The notes under the pieces were generated by a model. That model ran no database searches. It was not told where the DNA came from and was given only the letters and a program-made list of their open reading frames with translations. A DNA stretch of 64,000 bases, taken from positions 53,335 through 117,334 of the forward strand of contig CAZRFE010000001.1 in NCBI GenBank assembly GCA_964599565.1, read 5' to 3'. The position numbers were made by a program, and so were the translations under genes. The stretch's first letter is position 1; each line of letters begins with the position of its first letter. The stretch comes from an uncultured Gammaproteobacteria bacterium (lineage in GTDB: Bacteria > Pseudomonadota > Gammaproteobacteria > Natronospirales > JAJUFS01). Below, piece after piece: positions 1 through 9,891 of this stretch.

Positions 1-936
1 GCGACGCTGCCGGGCAACCACCTCACGCCGGGCAGATACCGGAATTATGTGGCGAAGCTCGCCGACGATCTCGGCTGGGAAATGACCTTTCTCGATGAAG
101 CCGCATTGAAGAAGAAAAAGGCCGGCGCATTTCTTGCCGTGGTACAGGGCAGCACGGCTCGTGATGCGGGCATCGTGCATCTGCGTTACCGGCCCGCCCG
201 CGCGAAGCGGAACGCGAAAGCCGTCGCGCTCGTCGGCAAGGGCATCTGCTTCGACACCGGCGGCAACAACTTGAAGACCGGGCGTCACATGTTCGGCATG
301 CATGGCGACATGCAGGGTTCGGCCGTCGCGCTCGGCACGCTGCTCGCGCTGACGCGGCTGAAGGCGGGTTTTCCCGTCGACTGCTGGTTGGCGCTTGCGC
401 AGAATCACATCGGCCCCGATGCCTACAAGATGAACGACGTGGTGAGTGCATCCGACGGCACCACCATCGAGATCGTGCACACGGACGCCGAAGGCCGCAT
501 GGTGCTCGCCGATACGCTCGCGCTCGCAAGCAATGCGAAGCCTTCCTTCATCATGGATTTCGCGACGCTCACCGGCACCTGCATCCAGTCGCTCGGCAAC
601 CGCTATTCCGGAATCTTCACGAATCGCGATGAACTGATCGACGCACTCATCGCCGCCGGCAGGCATTCCGGCGAGCGCGTCTGGCCGTTCCCGCAGGATC
701 GCGACTACGACGAACTGCTGGAGAGCAAGGTCGCCGACATCAAGCAGTGCCTGATCGAAGGCGAGGCGGATCACATCCTCGCCGGACGTTTCCTCAACCG
801 TTTCGTGAAGCACGACGTGCCGTGGGTGCACGTCGATCTTTCCGCGTCGGAAGTGAAAGGCGGACTTGCGCATGTGCCGTCGGATTTCACCGGTTTCGGC
901 GTGCGCTTTGCGACGGAATACCTGCTCGCGCGCTGA
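1..936 (+). CDS. M17 family leucyl aminopeptidase, C-terminal part (5' end outside window)
   Basis: Frame is open from base 1 (ATLPGNHLTPG...). Catalytic-domain motifs VGKGICFDTGG and HTDAEGRMVLAD match the M17 NTDAEGR signature. Confidence 0.85.
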   Translation, partial: ATLPGNHLTPGRYRNYVAKLADDLGWEMTFLDEAALKKKKAGAFLAVVQGSTARDAGIVHLRYRPARAKRNAKAVALVGKGICFDTGGNNLKTGRHMFGMHGDMQGSAVALGTLLALTRLKAGFPVDCWLALAQNHIGPDAYKMNDVVSASDGTTIEIVHTDAEGRMVLADTLALASNAKPSFIMDFATLTGTCIQSLGNRYSGIFTNRDELIDALIAAGRHSGERVWPFPQDRDYDELLESKVADIKQCLIEGEADHILAGRFLNRFVKHDVPWVHVDLSASEVKGGLAHVPSDFTGFGVRFATEYLLAR

Positions 937-1340
937 TGGAACTTCTGGCGAACATCGACGTCGACGATCTTCCCCGCGCCATCGATTTCTACTGCTCCGC
1001 GCTCGGCCTTCGCATCGGCCGCCGCTTCGGTGATTCCGCGGTCGAACTGCTCGGCGCGTCCTCGCCCATCTATCTCCTCGAGAAAGCGCCCGGCACTGTT
1101 GCATCGAAGGCTTCGCCGCAGCAACGTCACTATTCGCGTCACTGGACGCCAGTGCACCTGGATTTCGTCGTACCGGACATCGATGCGGCCGTAGCGCATG
1201 CGCAGGCTGCCGGCGCGTGCCTTGAAGGCGAGGTGCAGGCAAGCGCATGGGGCAGGCTCGCCGTCATGGCGGATCCCTTCGGGCATGGATTCTGCCTGAT
1301 CGAATTTCGCGGACGCGGCTACGACGAGATCGCTTCCTAG
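936..1340 (+). CDS. VOC (glyoxalase/bleomycin-resistance/dioxygenase) family protein
   Basis: ATG at 936 overlaps the upstream TGA (TGATG). The 134-aa protein starts MELLANIDVDDLPRAIDFYCSALGL and ends GHGFCLIEF, a VOC-like pattern. High GC3. Confidence 0.65.
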   Translation: MELLANIDVDDLPRAIDFYCSALGLRIGRRFGDSAVELLGASSPIYLLEKAPGTVASKASPQQRHYSRHWTPVHLDFVVPDIDAAVAHAQAAGACLEGEVQASAWGRLAVMADPFGHGFCLIEFRGRGYDEIAS

Positions 1341-1545
1341 ACAGATCCGCGGTTCTGCCGCCGCCAGCCCAACGGTTCAAGCCGCTGCCGTCCCGCGGGA
1401 CCGGCGATTTCATTCAATTCCACGAGTATTTCAAGTTGTCCGCGCTGCATCGGCATTACCTGCCCGCCTCAATCCTTTAGAATGTGCCGCCCGGGCGACG
1501 CTCCGCGAACTATAAGGCGGCGTCACCACTGACTGAAAGGCTTCC

Positions 1546-2589
1546 ATGGAAACACTCACGCTCACCCGCCCCGACGACTGGCATCTTCACCTGCGGGACG
1601 GCGCACAGATGGCATCCGTACTGCCCTGCACGGCGCGCCAGTTCGCGCGCGCGCTCATCATGCCGAACCTGCGCCCGCCAGTGACCACCACGCAGCAGGC
1701 GCTCGCGTACCGGCAGCGCATTCTCGACGCGCTGCCGGAGAACATGACGTTCGAACCGATGATGGCGCTCTATCTCACCGACAACACGACGCCGGCGGAA
1801 ATCGAAACCGCGAAGGCATCCGGCAAGGTGCTCGCGGTGAAACTCTATCCCGCCGGAGCGACGACGAACTCCGACGCGGGCGTGACGGACATTGCGCGTA
1901 CGCATGCAACGCTCGAGAAGATGGCGGAAGCCGGCGTGCCGCTGTGCGTGCACGGCGAAGTCACGCGCGATGATGTCGATGTCTTCGATCGCGAAGCGGT
2001 GTTCGTCGACGACGTTCTCGCCCCCCTGCATGCACGCCTGCCGGAGCTGAAAATTGTCCTTGAACACATCACGACCGCAGCCGCCGCCGATTTCGTGCGC
2101 GACGCCGGCGCCAATGTCGCCGCCACGATCACGCCGCAGCACCTGCTGCACAATCGCAACGCGCTCTTCAAGGGCGGCATCCGCCCGCACTACTACTGCC
2201 TTCCCGTGCTCAAGACCGAACCGGATCGTGAGGCATTGATCCAGGCGGCAACCAGCGGCAATCCGAAATTCTTCCTTGGCACCGACAGCGCGCCGCACGC
2301 GGTGCATGCAAAGGAAACAGCGTGCGGTTGCGCGGGGTGTTTTACTGCGCACGCCGCGCTCGAGCTGTACGCGGAAGCCTTCGATGCCGCCGGCGCGCTT
2401 GAGCGGCTCGAAGCGTTCGCGTGCCATTTCGGCGCGGACTTCTACGGCCTGCCGCGCAACACCGGCACGGTTACCCTGCGTCGCGAAGCGTGGACGCCGC
2501 CCTCGCGCATGCCCTTCGGCGGACAGGGAGCCGACACCGAGATCGTGCCGTTCCGGGCCGATGAAACCATCGCGTGGCGTTGCGCGTGA
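1546..2589 (+). CDS. pyrC: dihydroorotase (homodimeric class II type)
   Basis: 347 aa. N-terminal [12 protein letters not shown] metal-binding motif, and the Ala-Val-Lys-Leu-Tyr-Pro stretch ([13 protein letters not shown]) around the carboxylated lysine. Collinear with E. coli PyrC. Confidence 0.9.
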   Translation: METLTLTRPDDWHLHLRDGAQMASVLPCTARQFARALIMPNLRPPVTTTQQALAYRQRILDALPENMTFEPMMALYLTDNTTPAEIETAKASGKVLAVKLYPAGATTNSDAGVTDIARTHATLEKMAEAGVPLCVHGEVTRDDVDVFDREAVFVDDVLAPLHARLPELKIVLEHITTAAAADFVRDAGANVAATITPQHLLHNRNALFKGGIRPHYYCLPVLKTEPDREALIQAATSGNPKFFLGTDSAPHAVHAKETACGCAGCFTAHAALELYAEAFDAAGALERLEAFACHFGADFYGLPRNTGTVTLRREAWTPPSRMPFGGQGADTEIVPFRADETIAWRCA

Positions 2590-3272
2590 ACCAGGCTGCC
2601 GACTACTGGAATGAAATGAACAATCCGAACGACATCGCCGCAGAACAGGCCCGCATGATGACGAACCGCTTTCGCGGCTTTCTTCCCGTCGTCGTCGATG
2701 TCGAAACCGGCGGTTTCAATTCGAACACCGACGCCTTGCTCGAAGTCGCCGCCGTGCTGCTGCGTTTCGACGAGAACGGCGACCTGCAGCGCCACTCCTC
2801 GCACTGGTATCACGTGACGCCGTTCGAGGGTTCCAACATCGAGCAGGCATCGCTCGATGTCACGGGCATCGATCCCGACCATCCGCTGCGACCGGCGCTG
2901 CCGGAGCGCGAAGCGCTGCGACGGCTGTTCCGCGAAGTGCGCACCGAGGTGAAGGCGCAGGGCTGCAACCGCGCCGTGCTGGTCGGCCACAACGCGTGGT
3001 TCGATCTCAGCTTTCTCAATGCGGCCGTGACGCGCACCGAGATCAAGCGCAATCCGTTCCATCCTTTCTCCTGCTTCGATACGGCGACGCTCGGCGGCGT
3101 TGCGTACGGGCAGACGGTGCTTGCGCGCGCGATCGAAGCCGCGGATCTCGGCTGGGACGGCGGCGAGGCGCACTCGGCCATCTACGACGCGGAGAAGACC
3201 GCGGATCTTTTCTGCGGCATCGTCAATCGTTTCCGGACGATGTACGAAGCCAGCCTGCGCGATCGCCTGTAA
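2574..3272 (+). CDS. rnt: ribonuclease T
   Basis: [29 protein letters not shown] and [11 protein letters not shown] (DEDDh exonuclease motifs) are collinear with E. coli RNase T. Start is ambiguous: GTG 2574, or more likely ATG 2616. Confidence 0.9.
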   Translation: MALRVNQAADYWNEMNNPNDIAAEQARMMTNRFRGFLPVVVDVETGGFNSNTDALLEVAAVLLRFDENGDLQRHSSHWYHVTPFEGSNIEQASLDVTGIDPDHPLRPALPEREALRRLFREVRTEVKAQGCNRAVLVGHNAWFDLSFLNAAVTRTEIKRNPFHPFSCFDTATLGGVAYGQTVLARAIEAADLGWDGGEAHSAIYDAEKTADLFCGIVNRFRTMYEASLRDRL

Positions 3273-3284
3273 GCGGAATCGCGC

Positions 3285-4391
3285 ATGGAACTGCATGAAC
3301 GCCTGCAGCAGCTGCTTCGCGATGCACAGGCTGCGCGCGACGATTACCTCGGCTACCCCGTCAGCAAGGATTTCGATCACGCCTCGCTCGCGGCATTTCT
3401 CGGCGTACCGCTGAACAATCTCGGCGATCCCTTCACGGACAGCACCTGGCGCGTGGACAGCCGCGCGCTCGAACGCGAAGTCGTGGAATTCTTTGCAAGG
3501 CTGATGCGCGCGCCGGACGGCGAATGGTGGGGATACGTCACGAACGGCGGCAGCGAAGGCAATCTCTACGGTCTCTACCTCTCGCGCGAATTGCATCCGA
3601 AGGGCATCGTGTATTTCTCCGAGGAAACGCATTACAGCGTCTCGAAGAACCTGCATCTTCTGAACATGCGTCACATCATGATTCGCGCACAGGATTCCGG
3701 CGAGATCGACTACGACGATCTCAACGAGACGCTGAAGCTCCATCGCGACGTGCCCGCGATCGTCTTCGCGAACATCGGCACCACGATGACCGAAGGCAAG
3801 GATGACATCGCGAAGATCCGGCGCATGCTGGAGAAGCTTGCGATCCACCAGCACTACATTCACAGCGACGCCGCGCTGTGCGGACCGGTTGCGCCGTTTC
3901 TCGATCCGCGGCCCGCGTTCGATTTCGCCGACGGCGCGGATTCCATCGCAATCTCCGGGCACAAGTTCATCGGTTCGCCGATTCCCTGCGGCGTCGTGCT
4001 CGCGCGCAAGCGCCATGTCGATCGCATCGCGCGCTCCATCGCGTATATCGGCTGCCTCGACACGACGATCACCGGCTCGCGCAACGGGCTCACGCCCGTG
4101 ATCCTGTGGGCGGCGATCCAGCGATTCGGTGTCGATGGATTGCGCCAGCGCGTCGCGGCAAGCCTGGAACTTGCCGCCTACGCCGAAGGGAAACTGAAGG
4201 CGTCCGGGATCGCCGCCTGGCGGAACCGCAACGCGCTCACGGTGGTGTTTCCCGCGGTTTCCGATTCCCTGCGGCAGCGCTGGCAACTCGCAACGGCGCG
4301 CGGACAGTCGCACCTCATCGCGATGCCTGGCGTGACACCTGAGCACATCGATCGCTTCATCGACGAACTGCAACAGGAGACGCGCGCATGA
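3285..4391 (+). CDS. hdc: PLP-dependent histidine decarboxylase (group II decarboxylase)
   Basis: Full-length collinearity with Gram-negative HDC as recalled from Morganella. Motifs: WGYVTNGGSEGN, IFANIGTT, HSDAAL, SGHKFIGSPIPCGVV (PLP lysine) and TGSRNG. Confidence 0.85.
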   Translation: MELHERLQQLLRDAQAARDDYLGYPVSKDFDHASLAAFLGVPLNNLGDPFTDSTWRVDSRALEREVVEFFARLMRAPDGEWWGYVTNGGSEGNLYGLYLSRELHPKGIVYFSEETHYSVSKNLHLLNMRHIMIRAQDSGEIDYDDLNETLKLHRDVPAIVFANIGTTMTEGKDDIAKIRRMLEKLAIHQHYIHSDAALCGPVAPFLDPRPAFDFADGADSIAISGHKFIGSPIPCGVVLARKRHVDRIARSIAYIGCLDTTITGSRNGLTPVILWAAIQRFGVDGLRQRVAASLELAAYAEGKLKASGIAAWRNRNALTVVFPAVSDSLRQRWQLATARGQSHLIAMPGVTPEHIDRFIDELQQETRA

Positions 4392-4792
4392 AACGCATCA
4401 TGGTCGTCGCGGCGGATCGCAAGGGACTGCTCGCGGATCTCAGCGAGCTGCTGGAGCGCGCCGGCGTCAACATCAACACCATCGATGCCGCCGACGAGGA
4501 TGGCACCGCGTACATCACGCTGGAAGTGGACCGCTACGATGAAACGCTGAACCTGCTGCGCGATTCCGAGTACCAGGCCGTGCCCGAGGAAGTGCTCGTC
4601 ATCCGCATCGAGGATCGTCCCGGCGGGCTTGCACGCATCTCGCGGCGCCTCGCGGAGAACGACATCGCGATTCGCGGCATGACCATGCTGCACCGTGCGA
4701 ACGGCTGGTGCGCAGTCGCGGTGGCGACGGATGACAATGAACGCGCGCGCGGCGTGCTGGCGGAAAACGTGATGGAGAAAAGCGATTCCTGA
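4388..4792 (+). CDS. tandem ACT-domain protein
   Basis: ATGA overlap with the hdc stop. Two ACT-like halves: IMVVAADRKGLLADLSELLERAGVNINTI and VLVIRIEDRPGGLARISRRLAENDIAIRGM. Confidence 0.7.
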   Translation: MKRIMVVAADRKGLLADLSELLERAGVNINTIDAADEDGTAYITLEVDRYDETLNLLRDSEYQAVPEEVLVIRIEDRPGGLARISRRLAENDIAIRGMTMLHRANGWCAVAVATDDNERARGVLAENVMEKSDS

Positions 4793-4795
4793 AAG

Positions 4796-4823
4796 AAAAG
4801 GCCGCGCATTCGCGCGGCCTTTC
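4796..4823. terminator. bidirectional rho-independent terminator between convergent genes
   Basis: aaaa-GGCCGCGC-attc-GCGCGGCC-ttt hairpin between the ACT gene (+) and grxD (-). Confidence 0.75.
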
Positions 4824-4846
4824 ATGGCTTCATGCCGGTTGCCTGC

Positions 4847-5164
4847 CTACCTGTTCCCAGCTTCCGCCAGCAACGTCTTCAGCTCTCCCGACTCGTACAT
4901 CTCGACAATGATGTCGCTGCCGCCGATCAGTTCGCCGTTGACGTAAAGCTGCGGAATCGTCGGCCAGTTCGAGAACTGCTTGATGCCTTCACGCACGTCC
5001 TGGTCTTCGAGCACGTTCACGAACGCGAACGGCGCACCGCATGCGTTCAGCGCGGCAACCGCGCGCGCCGAGAATCCGCACTGCGGGAAATCCGGCGAAC
5101 CTTTCATGTAGAGCAGGACGCTGTTGTCGCCGACCTGCTGCCTGATGCGTTCCTGTACGTCCAT
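4847..5164 (-). CDS. grxD: Grx4-family monothiol glutaredoxin
   Basis: 105 aa with the CGFS active site (PQCGFS) and the WPTIPQLYVNGELIGG motif. Confidence 0.92.
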   Translation of the reverse strand: MDVQERIRQQVGDNSVLLYMKGSPDFPQCGFSARAVAALNACGAPFAFVNVLEDQDVREGIKQFSNWPTIPQLYVNGELIGGSDIIVEMYESGELKTLLAEAGNR

Positions 5165-5174
5165 TGCCGACCTC

Positions 5175-5504
5175 TCAGCGGGCGTCTTTCACCCGCAGTT
5201 GAATGATGACTTCGCTCACGCCCGCGACGCCCGCGGCAACCTGTCGCGCACGCTGGATGTGGGCTGGTTCCGCGACGACACCGTCGAGCGTGACCACACC
5301 CTGCCGTGTCGTGACCGCGATGCGCGCAGCATCCAGCACGGCGTCGCGATAGATCGCAGTGCGAACCTCGCGCGTGATGCGCGAATCCGCCTGCGACGCC
5401 GACCACGTGTTGTTGCCGCCGGCCGCGCCGCTCATGACCGCCGTCGCGCAACCGTTGATGGCGAGCGTTGCCGCAAACATCAGGAACAGGAAGACGCGTT
5501 TCAT
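5175..5504 (-). CDS. BON-domain lipoprotein
   Basis: Signal peptide with lipobox (LAINGC). BON-like core: ITREVRTAIYRD...IAVTTRQGVVTLDGVV...A.QVAAGVAGVSEV. Confidence 0.75.
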   Translation of the reverse strand: MKRVFLFLMFAATLAINGCATAVMSGAAGGNNTWSASQADSRITREVRTAIYRDAVLDAARIAVTTRQGVVTLDGVVAEPAHIQRARQVAAGVAGVSEVIIQLRVKDAR

Positions 5505-5558
5505 GGAATTCTCCGGCGGATCGCGGCGCGGATTATAGCGCAGGCAAAAGCAACAAAG

Positions 5559-5588
5559 AAAAAAGCCCGGCGGTGCCGGGCCTTTTTC
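5559..5588 (-). terminator. rho-independent terminator downstream of sodB
   Basis: GCCCGGC-ggt-GCCGGGC stem flanked by an A-run and a T-run. On the minus strand the hairpin is followed by UUUUUU. Confidence 0.8.
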
Positions 5589-5600
5589 GCGCTGCCCTCA

Positions 5601-6203
5601 TCAGGCCTTGAAGTTCTTCGCGGCGAACTCCCAGTTCAGCACTTCATCGAACCAGGCTTCGAGGTACTTCGGTCGCGCATTGCGGTAATCGATGTAATAG
5701 GCATGCTCCCAGACGTCGCAGGTGAACAGCGGCGTGCCCATGCCGGCGTGCGCGATCGGCGTGTCCGCATCATCGGTCTGCACGATGCCGACGGAGCCGT
5801 CGCCCTTCTTCACGAGCCACGCCCAGCCGGACGCGAAATTGCCGACGGACGTCTCGATGAACTTCGTGCGGAAGTCCGCGAACGAACCGAATGCCTTGTC
5901 GATCGCCGCGGCAAGCTCGCCGGCAGGCGCACCGCCGCCGTTCGGGCTCATCGAGTTCCAGTAGAAGGTGTGGTTCCAGACCTGCGCGGACTGGTTGAAC
6001 AGGCCCTTGTTGCCCGAGGCGAGCGCCTTGCGGATGATCTCTTCCAGCGGCAGCGATTCGAACTCGGTGCCGGAGATCAGCGCATTGGTCTTGTCCACGT
6101 AAGCCTTGTGATGCTTGCCGTAATGGAATTCCAGCGTTTCCTTCGAGACGTGCGGCGCGAGCGCATCCATCGCGTAGGGAAGTTCCGGCAATTCGTGCTT
6201 CAT
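5601..6203 (-). CDS. sodB: Fe superoxide dismutase
   Basis: Start [18 protein letters not shown]. Motifs [10 protein letters not shown] (Fe-type) and [13 protein letters not shown]. The longer ORF-track N-terminal extension was rejected. Confidence 0.92.
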   Translation of the reverse strand: MKHELPELPYAMDALAPHVSKETLEFHYGKHHKAYVDKTNALISGTEFESLPLEEIIRKALASGNKGLFNQSAQVWNHTFYWNSMSPNGGGAPAGELAAAIDKAFGSFADFRTKFIETSVGNFASGWAWLVKKGDGSVGIVQTDDADTPIAHAGMGTPLFTCDVWEHAYYIDYRNARPKYLEAWFDEVLNWEFAAKNFKA

Positions 6204-6267
6204 GGCGATCTCCTTGGTTGAAATGCATGCCGCGGGAATGCTCCCGCCCGTGGCGTCATTTGGGTAA

Positions 6268-7236
<969 letters not shown>

Positions 7237-7377
7237 CAACATGTTCGTGATATTCTGGGCCGCCTCAAACGCCCGTTTGAAATTTTCGGGGCCGGATGAC
7301 GCAGGTCAAGGCCCGCCGCGCCGCGAGGCCGCAGACTGCATCCTGCCCGCGATTCCTGGAACCGAAGGAGACTTCGC

Positions 7378-9837
7378 ATGTCAGTGTTCCTGACCATTCT
7401 CGCGATCGTTGCCATTGCCATGGCACTCGCCTACTTCGCCGCCCCCTTGTGGCTGTGGTCCGCCGCCACCGTGGCCGGCCTGCTCGCGTTCAGCGCCGAC
7501 GGCAACCTGCCGTGGACCGCGATCATCATCGCCGTGCCCGTGCTCGCGGTGCTGAACCTCGCACCATTGCGCCGCGCGCTGCTCTCCAATCGCCTGCTCG
7601 TGTGGTTCCGCTCCGTGCTGCCGCCGCTCTCCGAGACGGAGAAGGTTGCGCTGGACGCCGGCAACCCATGGTGGGATGCGGAACTGTTCACCGGGCGGCC
7701 CGACTGGAACAAGCTGCTCGAAGCGCCGGCCGCCCGCCTTTCGGAAGAAGAACAGGCGTTCATCGACGGACCTGTCGATGAATTCTGCAGGATGCTCGAT
7801 GACTGGAAGATCACCGCCGAGGACAAGGATCTGCCCGCGGATGCCTGGGAATTCATCGGCCGGCACAAGCTCTTCGGCATGATCATTCCGAAGGAATACG
7901 GCGGTCTCGAGTTCTCCGCGCTCGCGAATTCCTCCGTGGTGATGAAGATCGCGACGCGCTCGCTCACCGCGGGCGTGACGGTGATGGTGCCGAACTCGCT
8001 CGGTCCGGGCGAACTGCTCCTGCACTACGGCACCGACGAACAGAAAAAGTATTACCTGCCGCGTCTTGCAACCGCCGAGGACATTCCCTGCTTCGCGCTC
8101 ACCAGTCCCTGGGCGGGCTCCGACGCCGGCGCCATCCCGGACATCGGCATCGTCTGCGAAGGTGAATACAACGGGAAGAAGACGCTCGGCTTCCGCGTGA
8201 CCTGGGACAAGCGCTACATCACGCTTGCGCCGGTCGCGACGATTCTCGGCATGGCGTTCAAGGCATACGACCCCGACGGCCTGCTGGGTGGCGAGAAGAA
8301 TCTCGGCATCACGCTCGCGCTCATCCCGACGGACATGCCGGGCGTGGAGATCGGCAACCGCGCGAACCCGCTTGATGCGGCATTCATGAACGGCACGACG
8401 CGCGGCAAGGATGTGTTCATCCCGATGGACATGCTCATCGGTGGACAGGAATACATCGGCCAGGGATGGAAGATGCTGATGAACTGCCTCTCCGCGGGAC
8501 GCGCGATTTCTCTGCCCGCGCTCGGCACCGGCGCCGGCAAGATTTCAAGCCGCATGACAGGCGCCTATGCGCGCATCCGCAAGCAGTTCCGCGTGCCGAT
8601 CGGCAAGTTCGAGGGCGTGGAAGAAGCGCTGACGCGCATTGCAGGGCTTACCTATCGCATGGATGCCATGCGGCGCGTGACGGCGGCGGCGATCGACGCG
8701 GGCAACAAGCCGTCGGTGCTTTCCGCGATTCTCAAGTATCACGCCACCGAAGGCATGCGCCAGGTGCTGAACGACGCCATGGACATCCACGGCGGCCGCG
8801 GCGTGATCCTTGGTCCGCGCAACTATGTCGGCCGTGCCTACCAGGGCATTCCGATCGCGATCACCGTTGAAGGCGCGAACATCCTCACGCGCTCGATGAT
8901 CATCTTCGGCCAGGGCGCGATCCGCTGCCATCCCTACCTGCTGAAGGAACTCGAAGCCGCGTACGACAGCGACGATCAGCGCGCACGCGTTGCGTTCGAC
9001 AAGGCGCTGTTCAGCCATATCGGTTTCACGATCTCGAACAAGGTGCGTGCTTTCGTCATGGGCATCACCGGTGCGCGTTTCGTCAGCGCGCCGTCCGCCG
9101 GGCCGCTCACGCGCTACTACCGCCAGCTGACACGCATGAGTGCTGCGTTCACGTTCCTTGCCGATCTCACGCTGCTCATTCTCGGCGGCGAACTCAAGCG
9201 CAAGGAAAAACTGTCGGCGCGCTTCGGCGATGTGCTGAGCCACCTGTACATGGCATCCACCGTGCTCAAGACGTTCGAAGACACCGGACGGCCTGCGGCG
9301 GACCTGCCGCTCGCGGAATGGGCGCTGCAGGATTCGCTGTTCCACTGCCAGGACGCGCTGGAAGACATTCTCGCGAACTTCCCGATCGCATGGATGGGGC
9401 CGCTGCTTCGCTTCGTCGTGCTGCCGTTCGGCCGCTCGTACCGCCGGCCTGACGACCGTCTCGGCCACAAGGTCGCGAACGTCCTGCTCACACCGTCGGA
9501 AGCGCGCGATCGTCTCACGCGCGGCGCGTACTGGAATCGCGATGCGAAGGATCCGGTCGGCCGCATGGAACTCGCGCTCGACAAGGCGCTCGCCGCGGAA
9601 CCCGTCGAGGCGAAACTGCAGAAGGCGCTCGGCATGAAGCTGAACGTCGCGAACCTTGAAGAAGCGATCGCGCGCGGCGTGAAGGAAGGTGTCATCGGCG
9701 ATGAGGAAGCAACGTTGCTGCGCGAAGGTGCGGCCGCAACGCTGGACGCAATCCTCACCGACGAATTCACGCCCGAGGAATTCGCACGCTTCGTCGCGAC
9801 GAACGAAGCGCCTCGAAAGCGCAGCGCAACCGCGTGA
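7378..9837 (+). CDS. fadE: long-form acyl-CoA dehydrogenase
   Basis: 819 aa with N-terminal TM helices, then an ACAD core (FALTSPWAGSDAG, EGANILTRSMIIFGQG) and a FadE-type C-terminal extension. RBS AAGGAGA. Confidence 0.9.
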   Translation: MSVFLTILAIVAIAMALAYFAAPLWLWSAATVAGLLAFSADGNLPWTAIIIAVPVLAVLNLAPLRRALLSNRLLVWFRSVLPPLSETEKVALDAGNPWWDAELFTGRPDWNKLLEAPAARLSEEEQAFIDGPVDEFCRMLDDWKITAEDKDLPADAWEFIGRHKLFGMIIPKEYGGLEFSALANSSVVMKIATRSLTAGVTVMVPNSLGPGELLLHYGTDEQKKYYLPRLATAEDIPCFALTSPWAGSDAGAIPDIGIVCEGEYNGKKTLGFRVTWDKRYITLAPVATILGMAFKAYDPDGLLGGEKNLGITLALIPTDMPGVEIGNRANPLDAAFMNGTTRGKDVFIPMDMLIGGQEYIGQGWKMLMNCLSAGRAISLPALGTGAGKISSRMTGAYARIRKQFRVPIGKFEGVEEALTRIAGLTYRMDAMRRVTAAAIDAGNKPSVLSAILKYHATEGMRQVLNDAMDIHGGRGVILGPRNYVGRAYQGIPIAITVEGANILTRSMIIFGQGAIRCHPYLLKELEAAYDSDDQRARVAFDKALFSHIGFTISNKVRAFVMGITGARFVSAPSAGPLTRYYRQLTRMSAAFTFLADLTLLILGGELKRKEKLSARFGDVLSHLYMASTVLKTFEDTGRPAADLPLAEWALQDSLFHCQDALEDILANFPIAWMGPLLRFVVLPFGRSYRRPDDRLGHKVANVLLTPSEARDRLTRGAYWNRDAKDPVGRMELALDKALAAEPVEAKLQKALGMKLNVANLEEAIARGVKEGVIGDEEATLLREGAAATLDAILTDEFTPEEFARFVATNEAPRKRSATA

Positions 9838-9850
9838 TGTCGTTGCCATG

Positions 9851-9884
9851 AAAAAAGAGCGGGCAGTGCCCGCTCTTTTTTTTT
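9851..9884. terminator. bidirectional rho-independent terminator
   Basis: aaaaaa-GAGCGGGC-agt-GCCCGCTC-ttttttttt between convergent genes. Confidence 0.85.
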
Positions 9885-9891
9885 GCGATGC

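Noticed and set aside
1341-1545. Possible regulatory leader hairpin upstream of pyrC
   Set aside because: A TAGAAT -10-like element and partial GC-rich complementarity are present, but I could not define a convincing stem by eye. It is left uncalled.
2442-4373. 643-aa ORF on the minus strand spanning rnt and hdc
   Set aside because: It is antisense to two genes with strong, full-length family matches. Its composition is Arg/Ala/Gly-rich with low complexity, typical of shadow frames in high-GC DNA. No motifs are present.
4800-4819. Possible REP-like repeat family (GCCGCGC-A/T-rich loop-GCGCGGC hairpins at 4800 and 13005)
   Set aside because: There are only two copies in 64 kb, and both sit exactly where intrinsic terminators are expected between convergent genes. 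This is more simply explained as terminator convergence.
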